Source of the DNA: Candidatus Micrarchaeota archaeon
GTDB lineage: Archaea; Micrarchaeota; Micrarchaeia; Anstonellales; Bilamarchaeaceae
DNA length: 64,000 nt
Direction of reading: 5' to 3'
Assembly (NCBI GenBank): GCA_016932815.1
Contig: JAFGCC010000017.1
Location: forward strand, 3,581-67,580
Shown here: one piece after another, positions 46,231 to 56,083 of the stretch
How positions within the stretch are numbered: position 1 is the stretch's first letter
Layout of the letters: each line of letters begins with the position of its first letter
Notes under the pieces: generated by a model
What the model saw: only the letters and a program-made list of their open reading frames with translations
The model's database searches: none
Told to the model about the DNA's origin: nothing
Program-made: the position numbers and the translations under genes

Positions 46231-47883
46231 ATGGCGCTCTCAGCAAGAAAAAAGCAAGGTGGGGTGGGGGAACAAACTAAGACCTCCGACAATCCGGTTA
46301 GATTGCTTGAGAATGTAAAAGCAGCAACCGGAGAGGACCTAAACGAAGCACAAATCCTAAATGATGCACAGCTTTGGGAACAATACCTCAATCCCTCACA
46401 AGAACGCATCGAGGAAGAAAAGAGCAAATTATATTCCAACCTTGCGGATGCAGGATTTTCCACCGAAGATGCGAGTAGGATATCAGAACAATATGGGCGC
46501 CTGCGCGCAAAAGCGGCAAAAGGGTCTCTGAGCAATGAAGAGCTGAGCGCTCTCTCACAGATTGCAGGTGTCGCAAAGGAGGCAAAAGAATCTGCTGCAA
46601 ACACCTCCGAAGAACGAGCAACAGCACTAGTTTCCCTATGGTCCCAAGCACAGTCAAAAACGGCGGACACAAGCTACTACGATTCAGAAGCAATAAAGAT
46701 GCGGGACATCTTCTATGCGATGCTAACTGAAAGCAACCCGAACCAGCAGAAAATAAACGAGCTGGCAAAGAACGACGAAAGCGTCCGCAGCGTGTTCATG
46801 ATGGACGCTTCCTTTGCAAGGGAATTATACTCCAAGGGGACCTCCGCAGACAAGGTGTGGCAAGCCCTAATACAAAGGCAACAGGAAACCACAACCGCAT
46901 TCATGAAAGATGGCGCGAACAGTAAGCTCCTGCATGACGCGGAAATTGAAGACCTTCGCGCAGTCCTGGGAGAACAGCGCAACGATGCAAACCAGAGGAT
47001 TGGTTATATTGAAGCGGGAGATTACGCCTCCCTTGGCAAGATGGACGAAATTAACCGGATGTATTCAAACGACGTAGTGCTGCGCATGCAGAACAAGCTC
47101 GGCCTAGCAAGCGAGTCGGGGAATTTCACCGACTTCCAGATGGCGCAGATGCAGTCCGTATTGGCAGATGTCGCACTTATAATGTCAAATGCCAGCCCGC
47201 TTGGGGCGGTTGAAGAAGACTCCTCTGCGGAAGTGGGAATAGCAACATTGGATTCATTCATAAACGAGCAGCAGAGGGCAATGGACGAAACGCAGACCCT
47301 GCAGTCGCTAGACGAGCAAGTCTCAGAACTAATGGCATTGGCAAGGGAAACTGTGTCCGGTGGAGTGCTAACCGAAGAAGCGCAGGAGAAGCTGGGAGAG
47401 CTTGGGCTTCCAATGGGTGCCAATAGCGCGGATGCCGAGAAATTCGTAAGGGGGGCAAGGGAACGCGCGAACGAAGAGATATCGCGGGTGCAGGAATTAA
47501 GGAGCGTCCAGAATGGCGGCGCATACGAGGTTTCCGCATTCTACTCCGAAGAGCGCGCCCTAGAAACAATTGATTCGGTAAAGAGCATAATCCGCGAAGC
47601 GCCCACAGAATTCTCGATTCTTGCCGCAGAGGAATTCAAGGGGGATGAACTAATAAACATCGGGACGGTTGAAGAGGTTCTTGGGCAAGCGGATTTCGGG
47701 AATGCCAAATCCCCCGAAACAGTCGTCTTAACTGCCCTTAGCAATCCCAACGACTCTGGGATGCGCGAGAAAATGGAGCAGGTGCTCTCAAACCCATTCA
47801 ACGTGGGGATACGGGAAGCGCTGCTCGAAGCTTATGCGCGCGCAGCTTCAGAACTCTCGCAGAAGCGCATCTCCGCAGGGTAG
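46231..47883 (+). CDS. Acidic helical orphan protein B1, paralog of 50480-52186
   Basis: Shared DIFYA, LDSFI.E.QRA.DET, EFSILAA.EF.GD and NVGIR.ALLEAYARA motifs. Confidence 0.78.
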   Translation: MALSARKKQGGVGEQTKTSDNPVRLLENVKAATGEDLNEAQILNDAQLWEQYLNPSQERIEEEKSKLYSNLADAGFSTEDASRISEQYGRLRAKAAKGSLSNEELSALSQIAGVAKEAKESAANTSEERATALVSLWSQAQSKTADTSYYDSEAIKMRDIFYAMLTESNPNQQKINELAKNDESVRSVFMMDASFARELYSKGTSADKVWQALIQRQQETTTAFMKDGANSKLLHDAEIEDLRAVLGEQRNDANQRIGYIEAGDYASLGKMDEINRMYSNDVVLRMQNKLGLASESGNFTDFQMAQMQSVLADVALIMSNASPLGAVEEDSSAEVGIATLDSFINEQQRAMDETQTLQSLDEQVSELMALARETVSGGVLTEEAQEKLGELGLPMGANSADAEKFVRGARERANEEISRVQELRSVQNGGAYEVSAFYSEERALETIDSVKSIIREAPTEFSILAAEEFKGDELINIGTVEEVLGQADFGNAKSPETVVLTALSNPNDSGMREKMEQVLSNPFNVGIREALLEAYARAASELSQKRISAG

Positions 47884-47968
47884 CCGTGACCTAAGTAACC
47901 CTTATTGTTACCCTCTTGGGCAAACAAATAAAAAACAGAAGAATGATATTGCTCATCGAGTGGATTAG

Positions 47969-49468
47969 ATGGCAGGAAAGCTCAAGGACCGCCCTCAGGA
48001 TGAGAATAAAGCTACTGCTGTTCCGGTTAAACTTGAATCCGAGGGAGCGTTAGGCCAGACACCGGAGCCTTCAGTTCCGGTAAAAGTCGAGAACGAGGAT
48101 ATAGAAAACCTGGTCCGCGCCCGTGTAAATAGTGTCCTCTCGGAAAATCCTGGGATGCGCTGGGAATCCGCTGTGCGTATGGCTACAGTTGAATGTAAAA
48201 TTAAGCTTGCGCAGATAAAGAACCTTCAGGTTACTGATAAGTTTAGCGAGGCTGAGAAGAGTTCCCAGATGGAGCATCTCACTAAGATGATTGATGCCCT
48301 CAATTCCGTGCCAGAATTTGCCCATACAAAATCACCAGTTCCCAAAAAGGCTTCTTTAGGACATCACTTTGAATACGTGACTTTCGCAGATCCTTCTCTC
48401 CTAGAACAGGATATTGCGACTGCAGAACGGCTTAGAATATCCCGCCAACCCTTTGTAGGGGTGCAATCTCCAGATGCGCTTGGCAGATTCATTTCAAAGC
48501 CCATTGAATGGCGCTATCCAAGATTTGGCAATTTTCAGCTTGATATTGTTGAATCAAAACCTGACAAAACGCATTTCCGCATTGGTTTTCCGGGTGGAGA
48601 GAAGGATGTTGCCTTCTCTGTTCCTCTTGAGCAGGTGGACGTGCTTGCGTTTAACTCAACGAAAGACACGCCTTTTAGAGTTACCGGGTGTGTGCTCAGG
48701 GGGAAGGACACACTATTCATCGCGCTGGAAACCCCTTCTGGCATTGTGGTGAAATCCTTGGTAATAGACCACGTGCGCAACGGAGCCAGAAGCATCGGGT
48801 TTGGAGTTACCAAGAAAGAAGGAACCCTCCTAGTTACAATTTCTCCGAAAAAATTATACGAGGGAAATTTCGTATACAGGTTGTCTTTTGGGCCTAATGG
48901 CGCCTCAACAGAGTATTACCGCTACACGAAGGATGTCCCTTCCGACACCAGAGTTAAAGAAGTGGGGTCTGGGGGCAAGCGGGAATTCGGTTTGTTCCGT
49001 CAAGAATTTGATTGCCTTTCCGAGTTGAGCCAATTTCAGATTTCAGATTTGGCAAAGACACTAGACTTGGCAGGTTACCAGTATGCTGATGCTATGAGCA
49101 TTATGGATTCAATTGTTGAGGAAGGGCGCGCATCTTACACAATAGCAAGAGCAGGAGGCGATAATCCAATGAATGCCAGAAATGTTGCGAGAGAAGCACA
49201 AACGAAACTTCTCATAAGCGTCTATAATTCATTAGAGCCTTCTTACCAAAAAAGATTCGAATCCGAAGCTATGCTTTTTCTGAGACAGAACGAAATCGCC
49301 GCGCGCATAACCCGGTTGGATGAAACATATTCCGCGCTTTTGGGATTGGATACCCTGTATCTCTCGAGTGAAGAGGACCAGAGGGAAGCGGTGTCCAAAT
49401 ACAATTTAATGGCCCCTCATGAAGCGGACGAATTTTTTTCCAGATTTAGTGGTTTTGGCACAAAATGA
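47969..49468 (+). CDS. Orphan protein C (helical-beta-helical) sharing its 5' region with A1
   Basis: 499-aa ORF; N-terminal VPVKLESE/VPVKVENE matches A1 VPVKVEE; upstream DNA is also similar. Confidence 0.7.
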   Translation: MAGKLKDRPQDENKATAVPVKLESEGALGQTPEPSVPVKVENEDIENLVRARVNSVLSENPGMRWESAVRMATVECKIKLAQIKNLQVTDKFSEAEKSSQMEHLTKMIDALNSVPEFAHTKSPVPKKASLGHHFEYVTFADPSLLEQDIATAERLRISRQPFVGVQSPDALGRFISKPIEWRYPRFGNFQLDIVESKPDKTHFRIGFPGGEKDVAFSVPLEQVDVLAFNSTKDTPFRVTGCVLRGKDTLFIALETPSGIVVKSLVIDHVRNGARSIGFGVTKKEGTLLVTISPKKLYEGNFVYRLSFGPNGASTEYYRYTKDVPSDTRVKEVGSGGKREFGLFRQEFDCLSELSQFQISDLAKTLDLAGYQYADAMSIMDSIVEEGRASYTIARAGGDNPMNARNVAREAQTKLLISVYNSLEPSYQKRFESEAMLFLRQNEIAARITRLDETYSALLGLDTLYLSSEEDQREAVSKYNLMAPHEADEFFSRFSGFGTK

Positions 49469-49564
49469 CCTGCGAACAGGAATATGCCCTAAAAACCACT
49501 TTTTCGGGCTAAAGCATAAGTTTATATATAAAGTTTCCCCTAATCTTAGCATACAGGTGTCCAT

Positions 49565-50428
49565 ATGGCGAGGGTTTCAAAACTAGAATCCAAGGGCGAA
49601 GCGCCCCAGGTTTCCCAGGGCAAAAGAGCACCATTCAAACTTGCAAGCAGGCTCTTAGAGAAGCTTACCAAGCGTTCCGTAGAGAAAGGGACCTCGCTGA
49701 GGGAAGAAGCCAGATTGCCATCCGGGCCTACGGAGAGGCGAAAATTCCTGAAAATACTCGGGGGTGCCGCCGGGGCAGCCGTTTTACTAGGCCCTTCAGT
49801 GCTCAAGGCGAATGAGAAGGCCGCCAAAGCATCTTCCAACCAAGCTGAGGTGGACTCGGTAATTGATATCCGGGATATTATGCCCTATATCGACAATGCC
49901 AAGAAGTATGAAGTTCCCCTTAGCTCAGGCCAGAAGGTAAACGCTTTCCAAACGCTCTACAAGACTAAAGAGCACCAGTTCATCGTGACGCGTGGGGAGA
50001 CTAGGGGAATCGACATCAAAGTGATAAAAGGAGATGGGGTCGTTGGAGGCGCTGCTTTTCTCGGAGATCATCTAGACGAGTTGAACATCCTCGCTATCGA
50101 TCTTGGGAAAGACAATCCCGTAGTCCAGGGAGAACTTCTGGTTTTTGCGACTCCCCAGAGCGTAGGGTTGGTATATTGCAAGAAGCAGGATAACACTTAT
50201 CTATCCGGAGCCGTCAACTTGTACGGGAAAGGTTTGTCCAGGGGCAGTGCAAAACTAGGCGTTGATTTTGATGAAGAAACAATTGCGATAATGGTTGTGC
50301 CGGACAAGGGGGACAGGATAGCGCAGGTGCAATTGCCATTTGTAGATGGCGGGGAATACAAGGTCGGTAACTTCTATACTGCGATATTCGGTTTGACGCG
50401 GCCCCCTACCAGTCTTGCAAGTCTTTGA
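49565..50428 (+). CDS. Beta-rich orphan protein A2 with internal twin-arginine-like anchor
   Basis: ERRKFLKILGGAAGAAVLLG near residue 57; C-terminal domain paralogous to A1. Confidence 0.75.
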   Translation: MARVSKLESKGEAPQVSQGKRAPFKLASRLLEKLTKRSVEKGTSLREEARLPSGPTERRKFLKILGGAAGAAVLLGPSVLKANEKAAKASSNQAEVDSVIDIRDIMPYIDNAKKYEVPLSSGQKVNAFQTLYKTKEHQFIVTRGETRGIDIKVIKGDGVVGGAAFLGDHLDELNILAIDLGKDNPVVQGELLVFATPQSVGLVYCKKQDNTYLSGAVNLYGKGLSRGSAKLGVDFDEETIAIMVVPDKGDRIAQVQLPFVDGGEYKVGNFYTAIFGLTRPPTSLASL

Positions 50429-50479
50429 CATTGCGGGTTGTTTTTAAATTTTGATTGAGAAAGTCTTTCGGGTGCATTC

Positions 50480-52186
50480 ATGGCGGGAATTAAAACAAAA
50501 AAGAAGCATGGCGCGAGTGATGAAGGAACAGTTTCGTCTGGATATTCCGAAAGCCTGGTGCTTAACAGTGTAGATCAGTTTACGAGAGGAGAGATGGACC
50601 TCCAGGCAATCCAGCAGGATGAAGGGAAGCGCCAGGAAATCCTAAAGCCCTCAGAAGAGCAACTGGAGAAAGAAGCAGAACAGGGAAAAGAACTCCTAAA
50701 AGATGCGGATTTCTCAAACTCGGAAGCTAGAAAGCTCGCAGATTCGTATGTTAAGCTGAGAATGGGAATGGCGCAGGGCCAGCCCACACAGGAAGAGGCA
50801 GCATCATTGTCCAAAATCTCCGCCGCCCGCGTTTTGTTGGCGCCCAAAGAGGGCGAAACGGATGAAGTGCGCGAGGAAGCCCGCAAGCAATGGGTGCAAA
50901 TGCAGGCTGAGGCAGTTGAAAACGGGCATTCGGATGTGCGCACTGTCCGCAACATGGATATTTTTTATGCAATAGCTACCTCGGAGGAAGTCTCTCCGAA
51001 GGCACTGCATAAACTTGCAAGGAAACATCATGGACTGAAGAACCTCTTTAGGAGGAGTGCTCGGCTCGCAAGGCACCTGCACGAAGATGGGGAGAACTAT
51101 CATGCGATGAGGGTGCGCCTCAACGAAGAGAGGCGCAACAGGTTCAGGGAACTCTGGAAAGACAGGGAAGTGCAGAAGGACCTAATGGCCGCAGGCTACA
51201 CCGAAAAGCGGGTGGAGGCAAGCATCCGCGCCCGCGAGGGGGCCGAGGAAGCAACCGAGATTGCATTGAGGAATGGGGACACCGAAAGGACCCAGGAACT
51301 TAACGAAAACCTGAAAGCCAACTCGGACAGCCCCGAGGGAATAATCCAGGGCACAGTGGAAATAATGGGGAGCGCAACTTACCTCAAAGACAACGAGCGC
51401 GCCAGCCTCCTAACCGCCCTGGAAGACGTTACCTCCCTGATGGCGGCGGCCAGCACCAGGCTGAGCGGGCTTGGGGAAGCCGAATCCCCGGCGGAAGCGG
51501 GAATGGAAGCATTGGACTCGTTTATAACAGAAGAGCAGAGGGCGCAGGACGAAACGAAGAACTGGGAGGAGCTAGACGAGCAGATAGACGAGCTCCTAAG
51601 CAAGAAGGCAAAGGAACTGGACGAGCAAACCCGGGAGGATTTGGGGGCATACCTGGTCCCGGAAGGCGCAAGCGCAAAAGAGGCGGCAGAATACTTAAAA
51701 GAGGCAAAAGAGCGCGCACAGGAGGAAACCGGGAGGGTGCAGGAACTAAGGACCCCGGAGAACTTCGTGCAGGACAAGGAGGGCAACTGGACGCTGGAGG
51801 AAGACACGCGCGAAGGCGCACAGTACCAGAAAATGCCCGCGTTCTACCCAGCAGAAAAGGCAGTAGAGATGATAAACGCCGCAAAGCCCATGATTGAGCA
51901 GTCCAAGGCGGAATTCTCCATACTAGCGGCAAGGGAGTTCGCAGGAGACGGCATAAGGCACCTTGGAACCGCAAGGGAGGTGCTCGAAATTGCCGATTTC
52001 GAAGATGAAGCCGCGCCCGAAACCGTGGTAATGCAGGCACTAGGCAACCCAGGAAACGAGGAGTTGAACAGGAAAATGGAGGAAGTGCTCGCAAACCCCC
52101 TGAATGTGGGAATACGGGCCGCACTCCTGGAAGCATACGCGAGGGCCGTCACCGAACTAGCTGAAAAGCGCGAGATGGCGGGATAG
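50480..52186 (+). CDS. Acidic helical orphan protein B2
   Basis: Paralog of 46231-47883. Confidence 0.78.
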   Translation: MAGIKTKKKHGASDEGTVSSGYSESLVLNSVDQFTRGEMDLQAIQQDEGKRQEILKPSEEQLEKEAEQGKELLKDADFSNSEARKLADSYVKLRMGMAQGQPTQEEAASLSKISAARVLLAPKEGETDEVREEARKQWVQMQAEAVENGHSDVRTVRNMDIFYAIATSEEVSPKALHKLARKHHGLKNLFRRSARLARHLHEDGENYHAMRVRLNEERRNRFRELWKDREVQKDLMAAGYTEKRVEASIRAREGAEEATEIALRNGDTERTQELNENLKANSDSPEGIIQGTVEIMGSATYLKDNERASLLTALEDVTSLMAAASTRLSGLGEAESPAEAGMEALDSFITEEQRAQDETKNWEELDEQIDELLSKKAKELDEQTREDLGAYLVPEGASAKEAAEYLKEAKERAQEETGRVQELRTPENFVQDKEGNWTLEEDTREGAQYQKMPAFYPAEKAVEMINAAKPMIEQSKAEFSILAAREFAGDGIRHLGTAREVLEIADFEDEAAPETVVMQALGNPGNEELNRKMEEVLANPLNVGIRAALLEAYARAVTELAEKREMAG

Positions 52187-52362
52187 GGGGCTTCCGGGCA
52201 AAAGCCCCAGGATGGGGGCATTGCGCCCAATTAGGATAAAGGCGGAATTACGGGGGTGGGAGTGTTTGTAACCATGGTTACAATACCCCTAATATATAAA
52301 TATTGTCTTTGTCTTAATTCATGCTCTAACAGCTTCAAATATCACAAAACCGAGGTAAATAC

Positions 52363-53580
52363 ATGAACAGGGCCAAAGGAATGAGGGATTTCCTCCCTCC
52401 GCAGATGATCCAGAGGGAGAAAATCTTCTCCATAATATCAGAAACATACAGGGAATTCGGCTTCCAGCCCCTGGAAACCCCCGCGCTGGAAACGCTGGAC
52501 ACGCTAAAAGCCAAGAGCGGAGACGAAATCGCAGGCCAGCTATTCGAAATCAAGGACTCGGAACTGGCAATGCGCTTCGACCTCACAGTCCCATTATCCA
52601 GGGTGGCGGCAAACAGCTCCTTCCCAAAGCCGTTTAAAAGATACCAAATCGGCCCGGTGTGGAGGAGGGAGGAGCCCCAGAAGGGAAGGTTCCGCGAATT
52701 CTGGCAGGCGGATGCCGACATAGTGGGGACAGCGTCCATGCGCGCGGAAGCGGAAATCCTCGAGATGGCATCAATAGCCCTAAACCGCCTAAAACTCAAG
52801 GATTTTGAGATACTCTTCAACAACCGCAAAATCCTCAACTCCCTATTAGATTACTTTGGAATAGCAGAAAAGAGGAACGAGGTTTTCCGCACACTTGACA
52901 AAATAGACAAAATAGGCTACAGGTCGGTTTACGAAACACTAGAGCCAATCCTGGGCGAGCACGCAGGCCAGATGCTCCCCCTCTTCAACCTCAAGGGAAG
53001 CAACGACGAAAAACTAGAAGAACTAGAAAAGTACGCCCCAGAGGGCGTAGGGGAAATCCGGGAATTACAGGAATTATTCCCCAATTTCACCTTCGAGCCC
53101 TCGCTGGTAAGGGGCCTGGGCTACTATTCGGGCTCGGTCTATGAATTCAAGGGGACCGGAAGCTACAAGGGAAGCTTCGCAGCGGGAGGAAGATACGACG
53201 GCCTCCTTGAGCTATACGGCCAGGGCGCACCCGCAGTCGGCGTGAGCCTGGGAGTAGAGAGGATACTCCTCCTCCTAGGAGAAGACGACGTGATGAAAAC
53301 ATACACGCAAGCGTTCGTCGCAACCCTCCCCGAAGCCTACAACGAGGGCCTAAAGGCGGTAAAGGCGCTAAGGAAAGAGGGAATCCCCGCAGAAACCGAC
53401 CTAATAGGCAGGAGCCTCGGAAAGCAGATGGATTACGCAAGGGCCCTCCGCATCCCATGGGTAATAATAATCGGGAGCAAGGAGATGGAATCAGGCAGGC
53501 TCACGCTAAAGGACATGAAAAGCGGGGAGGAAAAACCCGCGAAAATAGAGGAAGCGGTAAAGCTAATAGGTGCAAAATAG
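52363..53580 (+). CDS. hisS: Histidyl-tRNA synthetase
   Basis: KGMRDFLP, RFDLTVP, WRREEPQKGRFREFWQ, RGLGYY, GGRYD, GVERI. Confidence 0.96.
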   Translation: MNRAKGMRDFLPPQMIQREKIFSIISETYREFGFQPLETPALETLDTLKAKSGDEIAGQLFEIKDSELAMRFDLTVPLSRVAANSSFPKPFKRYQIGPVWRREEPQKGRFREFWQADADIVGTASMRAEAEILEMASIALNRLKLKDFEILFNNRKILNSLLDYFGIAEKRNEVFRTLDKIDKIGYRSVYETLEPILGEHAGQMLPLFNLKGSNDEKLEELEKYAPEGVGEIRELQELFPNFTFEPSLVRGLGYYSGSVYEFKGTGSYKGSFAAGGRYDGLLELYGQGAPAVGVSLGVERILLLLGEDDVMKTYTQAFVATLPEAYNEGLKAVKALRKEGIPAETDLIGRSLGKQMDYARALRIPWVIIIGSKEMESGRLTLKDMKSGEEKPAKIEEAVKLIGAK

Positions 53581-54942
53581 ATGCCACAAAGACTCCTTAG
53601 CAAGCTAGAGAGGATGAGGATACAGGAGGCAATAGTGGCACCCCTGTTCTTCACTTCCCTCCCCCTCCTATTCATAATCCTCTTCCTATCTATTATGCGC
53701 ACAAGCCTCTTTCCCGAAGGAACGGGCGAAGAGCACATGATTTTTGAGATGGTATTCCTCTTCCTCCTGGCAATCCTGGCAAGGAGCGTGGTTACCTACC
53801 TCAAGCAGCCAACGGTATTGGTCCTAATGCTCTTAGGAGTGATAATGGGGCCATCCTTCCTGGAGATGGCGTGGGCGCCCTTATCGGAAGCGCTCCCCTT
53901 CCTGCCGACTGCGCACCCGGACGTTTTCCTTCACGAGGAACTAATAGACATATTCGCCAAGTTCGGAGCCATAATCCTGATGTTCAAAGTGGGCCTGCAT
54001 TCTAGCATCTCAAAAATATTCACAAAGGAGAATTTCCTAGTCGCAATCCTGGGCATAATCTTCCCCTTCGTTGCAGGCTACCTCTTTGCAATAAGTTCCG
54101 GAGGCTCCTTCTCATACGCGCTTTTCCTGGGGGCAGCCCTTACCGCAACGAGCGTTGGCATAACAGTTGCAATCCTAAAGGAGATGGGGCTCCTGGAAGA
54201 AAAATTCTCCCAGATGATAATGGGGGCCGCGATAATAGACGACATACTCTCGCTCTTAGTCCTATCATTGGTTACCAACATGCCCTCAAGCCTGGATGCT
54301 GCTGCGCTTGAGCCATTCCTATCGGTAATAGCCTACGCCGTAATCTTCCTTGTGGGAGGCTCGCTTGCAGGCCGCTATTTTGTGAAGAAGAAAGTGGACA
54401 TAATGAAGATAACAGACAAGACGCTCCTCTACGTGTTCGCCTTCGTTTTCTTATACGCATACATAGCCGAATTCATAGGATTATCAAGCATAGTCGGCGC
54501 CTTCCTAGCAGGAGTCCTCCTAAACTACAGCCGCAACGCAGAGCACATCTCCGAGCAGTCCAAATCCCTGGAGCTCCTGTTCACCCCGGTATTTTTCATC
54601 TCCCTTGGAATGCTAGTGGATGTCGGCTCGGTCATCTCTTTCATCTGGCCCATACTAATCCTATCCGCCGTGGCAATCGCCACAAAGGTCGCAGCCTGCG
54701 GGCTTGGGGCGATATTCTCCGGCCTTGGAAAAGCGGAATCCCTCCTAGTCGGCTTCGGCATGGCCCCAAGAGGGGAAATCGCACTAATCATAGCGATGTT
54801 CGGCCTCTCAAGCGGGGCACTTAGCGTATCCGAATATTCGGTAATATCCGCCATGGCCTTCCTTACCACAATCGCAGTCCCATTCGTGTTCTCATCGATG
54901 ATACAAAAGCCGTGCGAGCTTCAGAGGGGTGTTCCCGCTTGA
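53581..54942 (+). CDS. Cation:proton antiporter (CPA2, NapA/KefB-like)
   Basis: ATSVGIT, AAIIDD, GAFLAG, PVFFISLG, PRGE; many TM helices. Confidence 0.9.
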   Translation: MPQRLLSKLERMRIQEAIVAPLFFTSLPLLFIILFLSIMRTSLFPEGTGEEHMIFEMVFLFLLAILARSVVTYLKQPTVLVLMLLGVIMGPSFLEMAWAPLSEALPFLPTAHPDVFLHEELIDIFAKFGAIILMFKVGLHSSISKIFTKENFLVAILGIIFPFVAGYLFAISSGGSFSYALFLGAALTATSVGITVAILKEMGLLEEKFSQMIMGAAIIDDILSLLVLSLVTNMPSSLDAAALEPFLSVIAYAVIFLVGGSLAGRYFVKKKVDIMKITDKTLLYVFAFVFLYAYIAEFIGLSSIVGAFLAGVLLNYSRNAEHISEQSKSLELLFTPVFFISLGMLVDVGSVISFIWPILILSAVAIATKVAACGLGAIFSGLGKAESLLVGFGMAPRGEIALIIAMFGLSSGALSVSEYSVISAMAFLTTIAVPFVFSSMIQKPCELQRGVPA

Positions 54943-55460
54943 CTCTTAGCACCCCAAGAATCTACATACAGGGGAAAAAGGCCTACCGCAAGGACCTTGG
55001 CACCCTCCGCCCGATGGGAAGCGCAATAAAGGTGGCAAAGAAGCTGCGCGAGCGCCTTGGAACAGAACTCCTCCACATAATAGACCTGGACGCAATGAAG
55101 GGGAACAAGTCCAACTACGACATCTACGACCACCTCACTTTCATAATGTACATCCAGGTGGAGGTGCGCCCAGACCCCAGGATGATAAACCCCCTTCTGG
55201 AGATGGGCGCACGCGTGGTAATAGAGCTCCCAACCGAGCTCGACCTCAAGCAGTTCGCAGAAAAAAAGCGCCTCCTAATAGGCAAGATAGCGCCCAATTA
55301 CAAAGGCTCCCTTGACGACGTTTTCGACGTGTATCTGGATGGGGAATCCGAGCCGAAGGTAAAAGAGCTCCAGAAAAAGAACAAGCGCGTTCTTGTCAAT
55401 AAAAGGCAGAACGCCAAAAACAAGAAAGTTTTCGCGAGAATCGGCTCCCCGGAAATATGA
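54939..55460 (+). CDS. Short, degenerate HisA/HisF-like TIM-barrel protein
   Basis: LHIIDLDAMKG and IQVE motifs, GARVVI; TTG start overlapping the upstream stop, with GGGGTG upstream. Confidence 0.55.
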   Translation: MTLSTPRIYIQGKKAYRKDLGTLRPMGSAIKVAKKLRERLGTELLHIIDLDAMKGNKSNYDIYDHLTFIMYIQVEVRPDPRMINPLLEMGARVVIELPTELDLKQFAEKKRLLIGKIAPNYKGSLDDVFDVYLDGESEPKVKELQKKNKRVLVNKRQNAKNKKVFARIGSPEI

Positions 55461-55551
55461 GCCTCCCCCCTTCGCTGGAACATACAATACCTTTATAAAC
55501 AAACCCTCTCATAAATTCCTAACGAATTAACATTTAAGCAGAGTGATTTAC

Positions 55552-56073
55552 ATGGCATTAAGACCGGCAAAATGCGTCCGCGACGGCAATAAAGTTGCAT
55601 GGACGCGCCATTCGAAGAGGAGGCCCAGGCGCTCGTACATCAAGACGATGCCCCACAAGGAACTAAACCAGCACAGGATGGGAACCGAAAGCGCGGAATA
55701 CGGCGCAGTCTACCACCTGGCACCCAAGGACCAGCTAATCCTCCGAGACAACGCAATCGAGGCCGCAAGGCAGTCCGCGAACAAGGTGCTTGAGAGCAAG
55801 CTCCCCGGAGCATACTACTTCATCGTAAGGGTTTACCCGCACCACATAATCCGCGAAAACAAGATGGTCTCAGGAGCGGGAGCAGACCGTATCCAGAAGG
55901 GGATGAGGAGGGCATTCGGAAAGCCCACCGACCGCGCAGCAAGGCTCAAGAAGGACCAGCCGCTCTTTACCGTGTACGTGCACGAGGGGAAGGCACAGGA
56001 ATCCGCAGTAAGGGAGGCCTTCAGGCGCGCTAGGATGAAGCTTTCCGGCAGCTATTCCATGATTGCCGGATGA
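55552..56073 (+). CDS. rpl10e: 50S ribosomal protein uL16 (L10e)
   Basis: MALRPAKC, NAIEAARQ, YPHHIIRENKM, GAGADRIQKGMRRAFGKP. Confidence 0.96.
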   Translation: MALRPAKCVRDGNKVAWTRHSKRRPRRSYIKTMPHKELNQHRMGTESAEYGAVYHLAPKDQLILRDNAIEAARQSANKVLESKLPGAYYFIVRVYPHHIIRENKMVSGAGADRIQKGMRRAFGKPTDRAARLKKDQPLFTVYVHEGKAQESAVREAFRRARMKLSGSYSMIAG

Positions 56074-56083
56074 GGTGGCCCTT

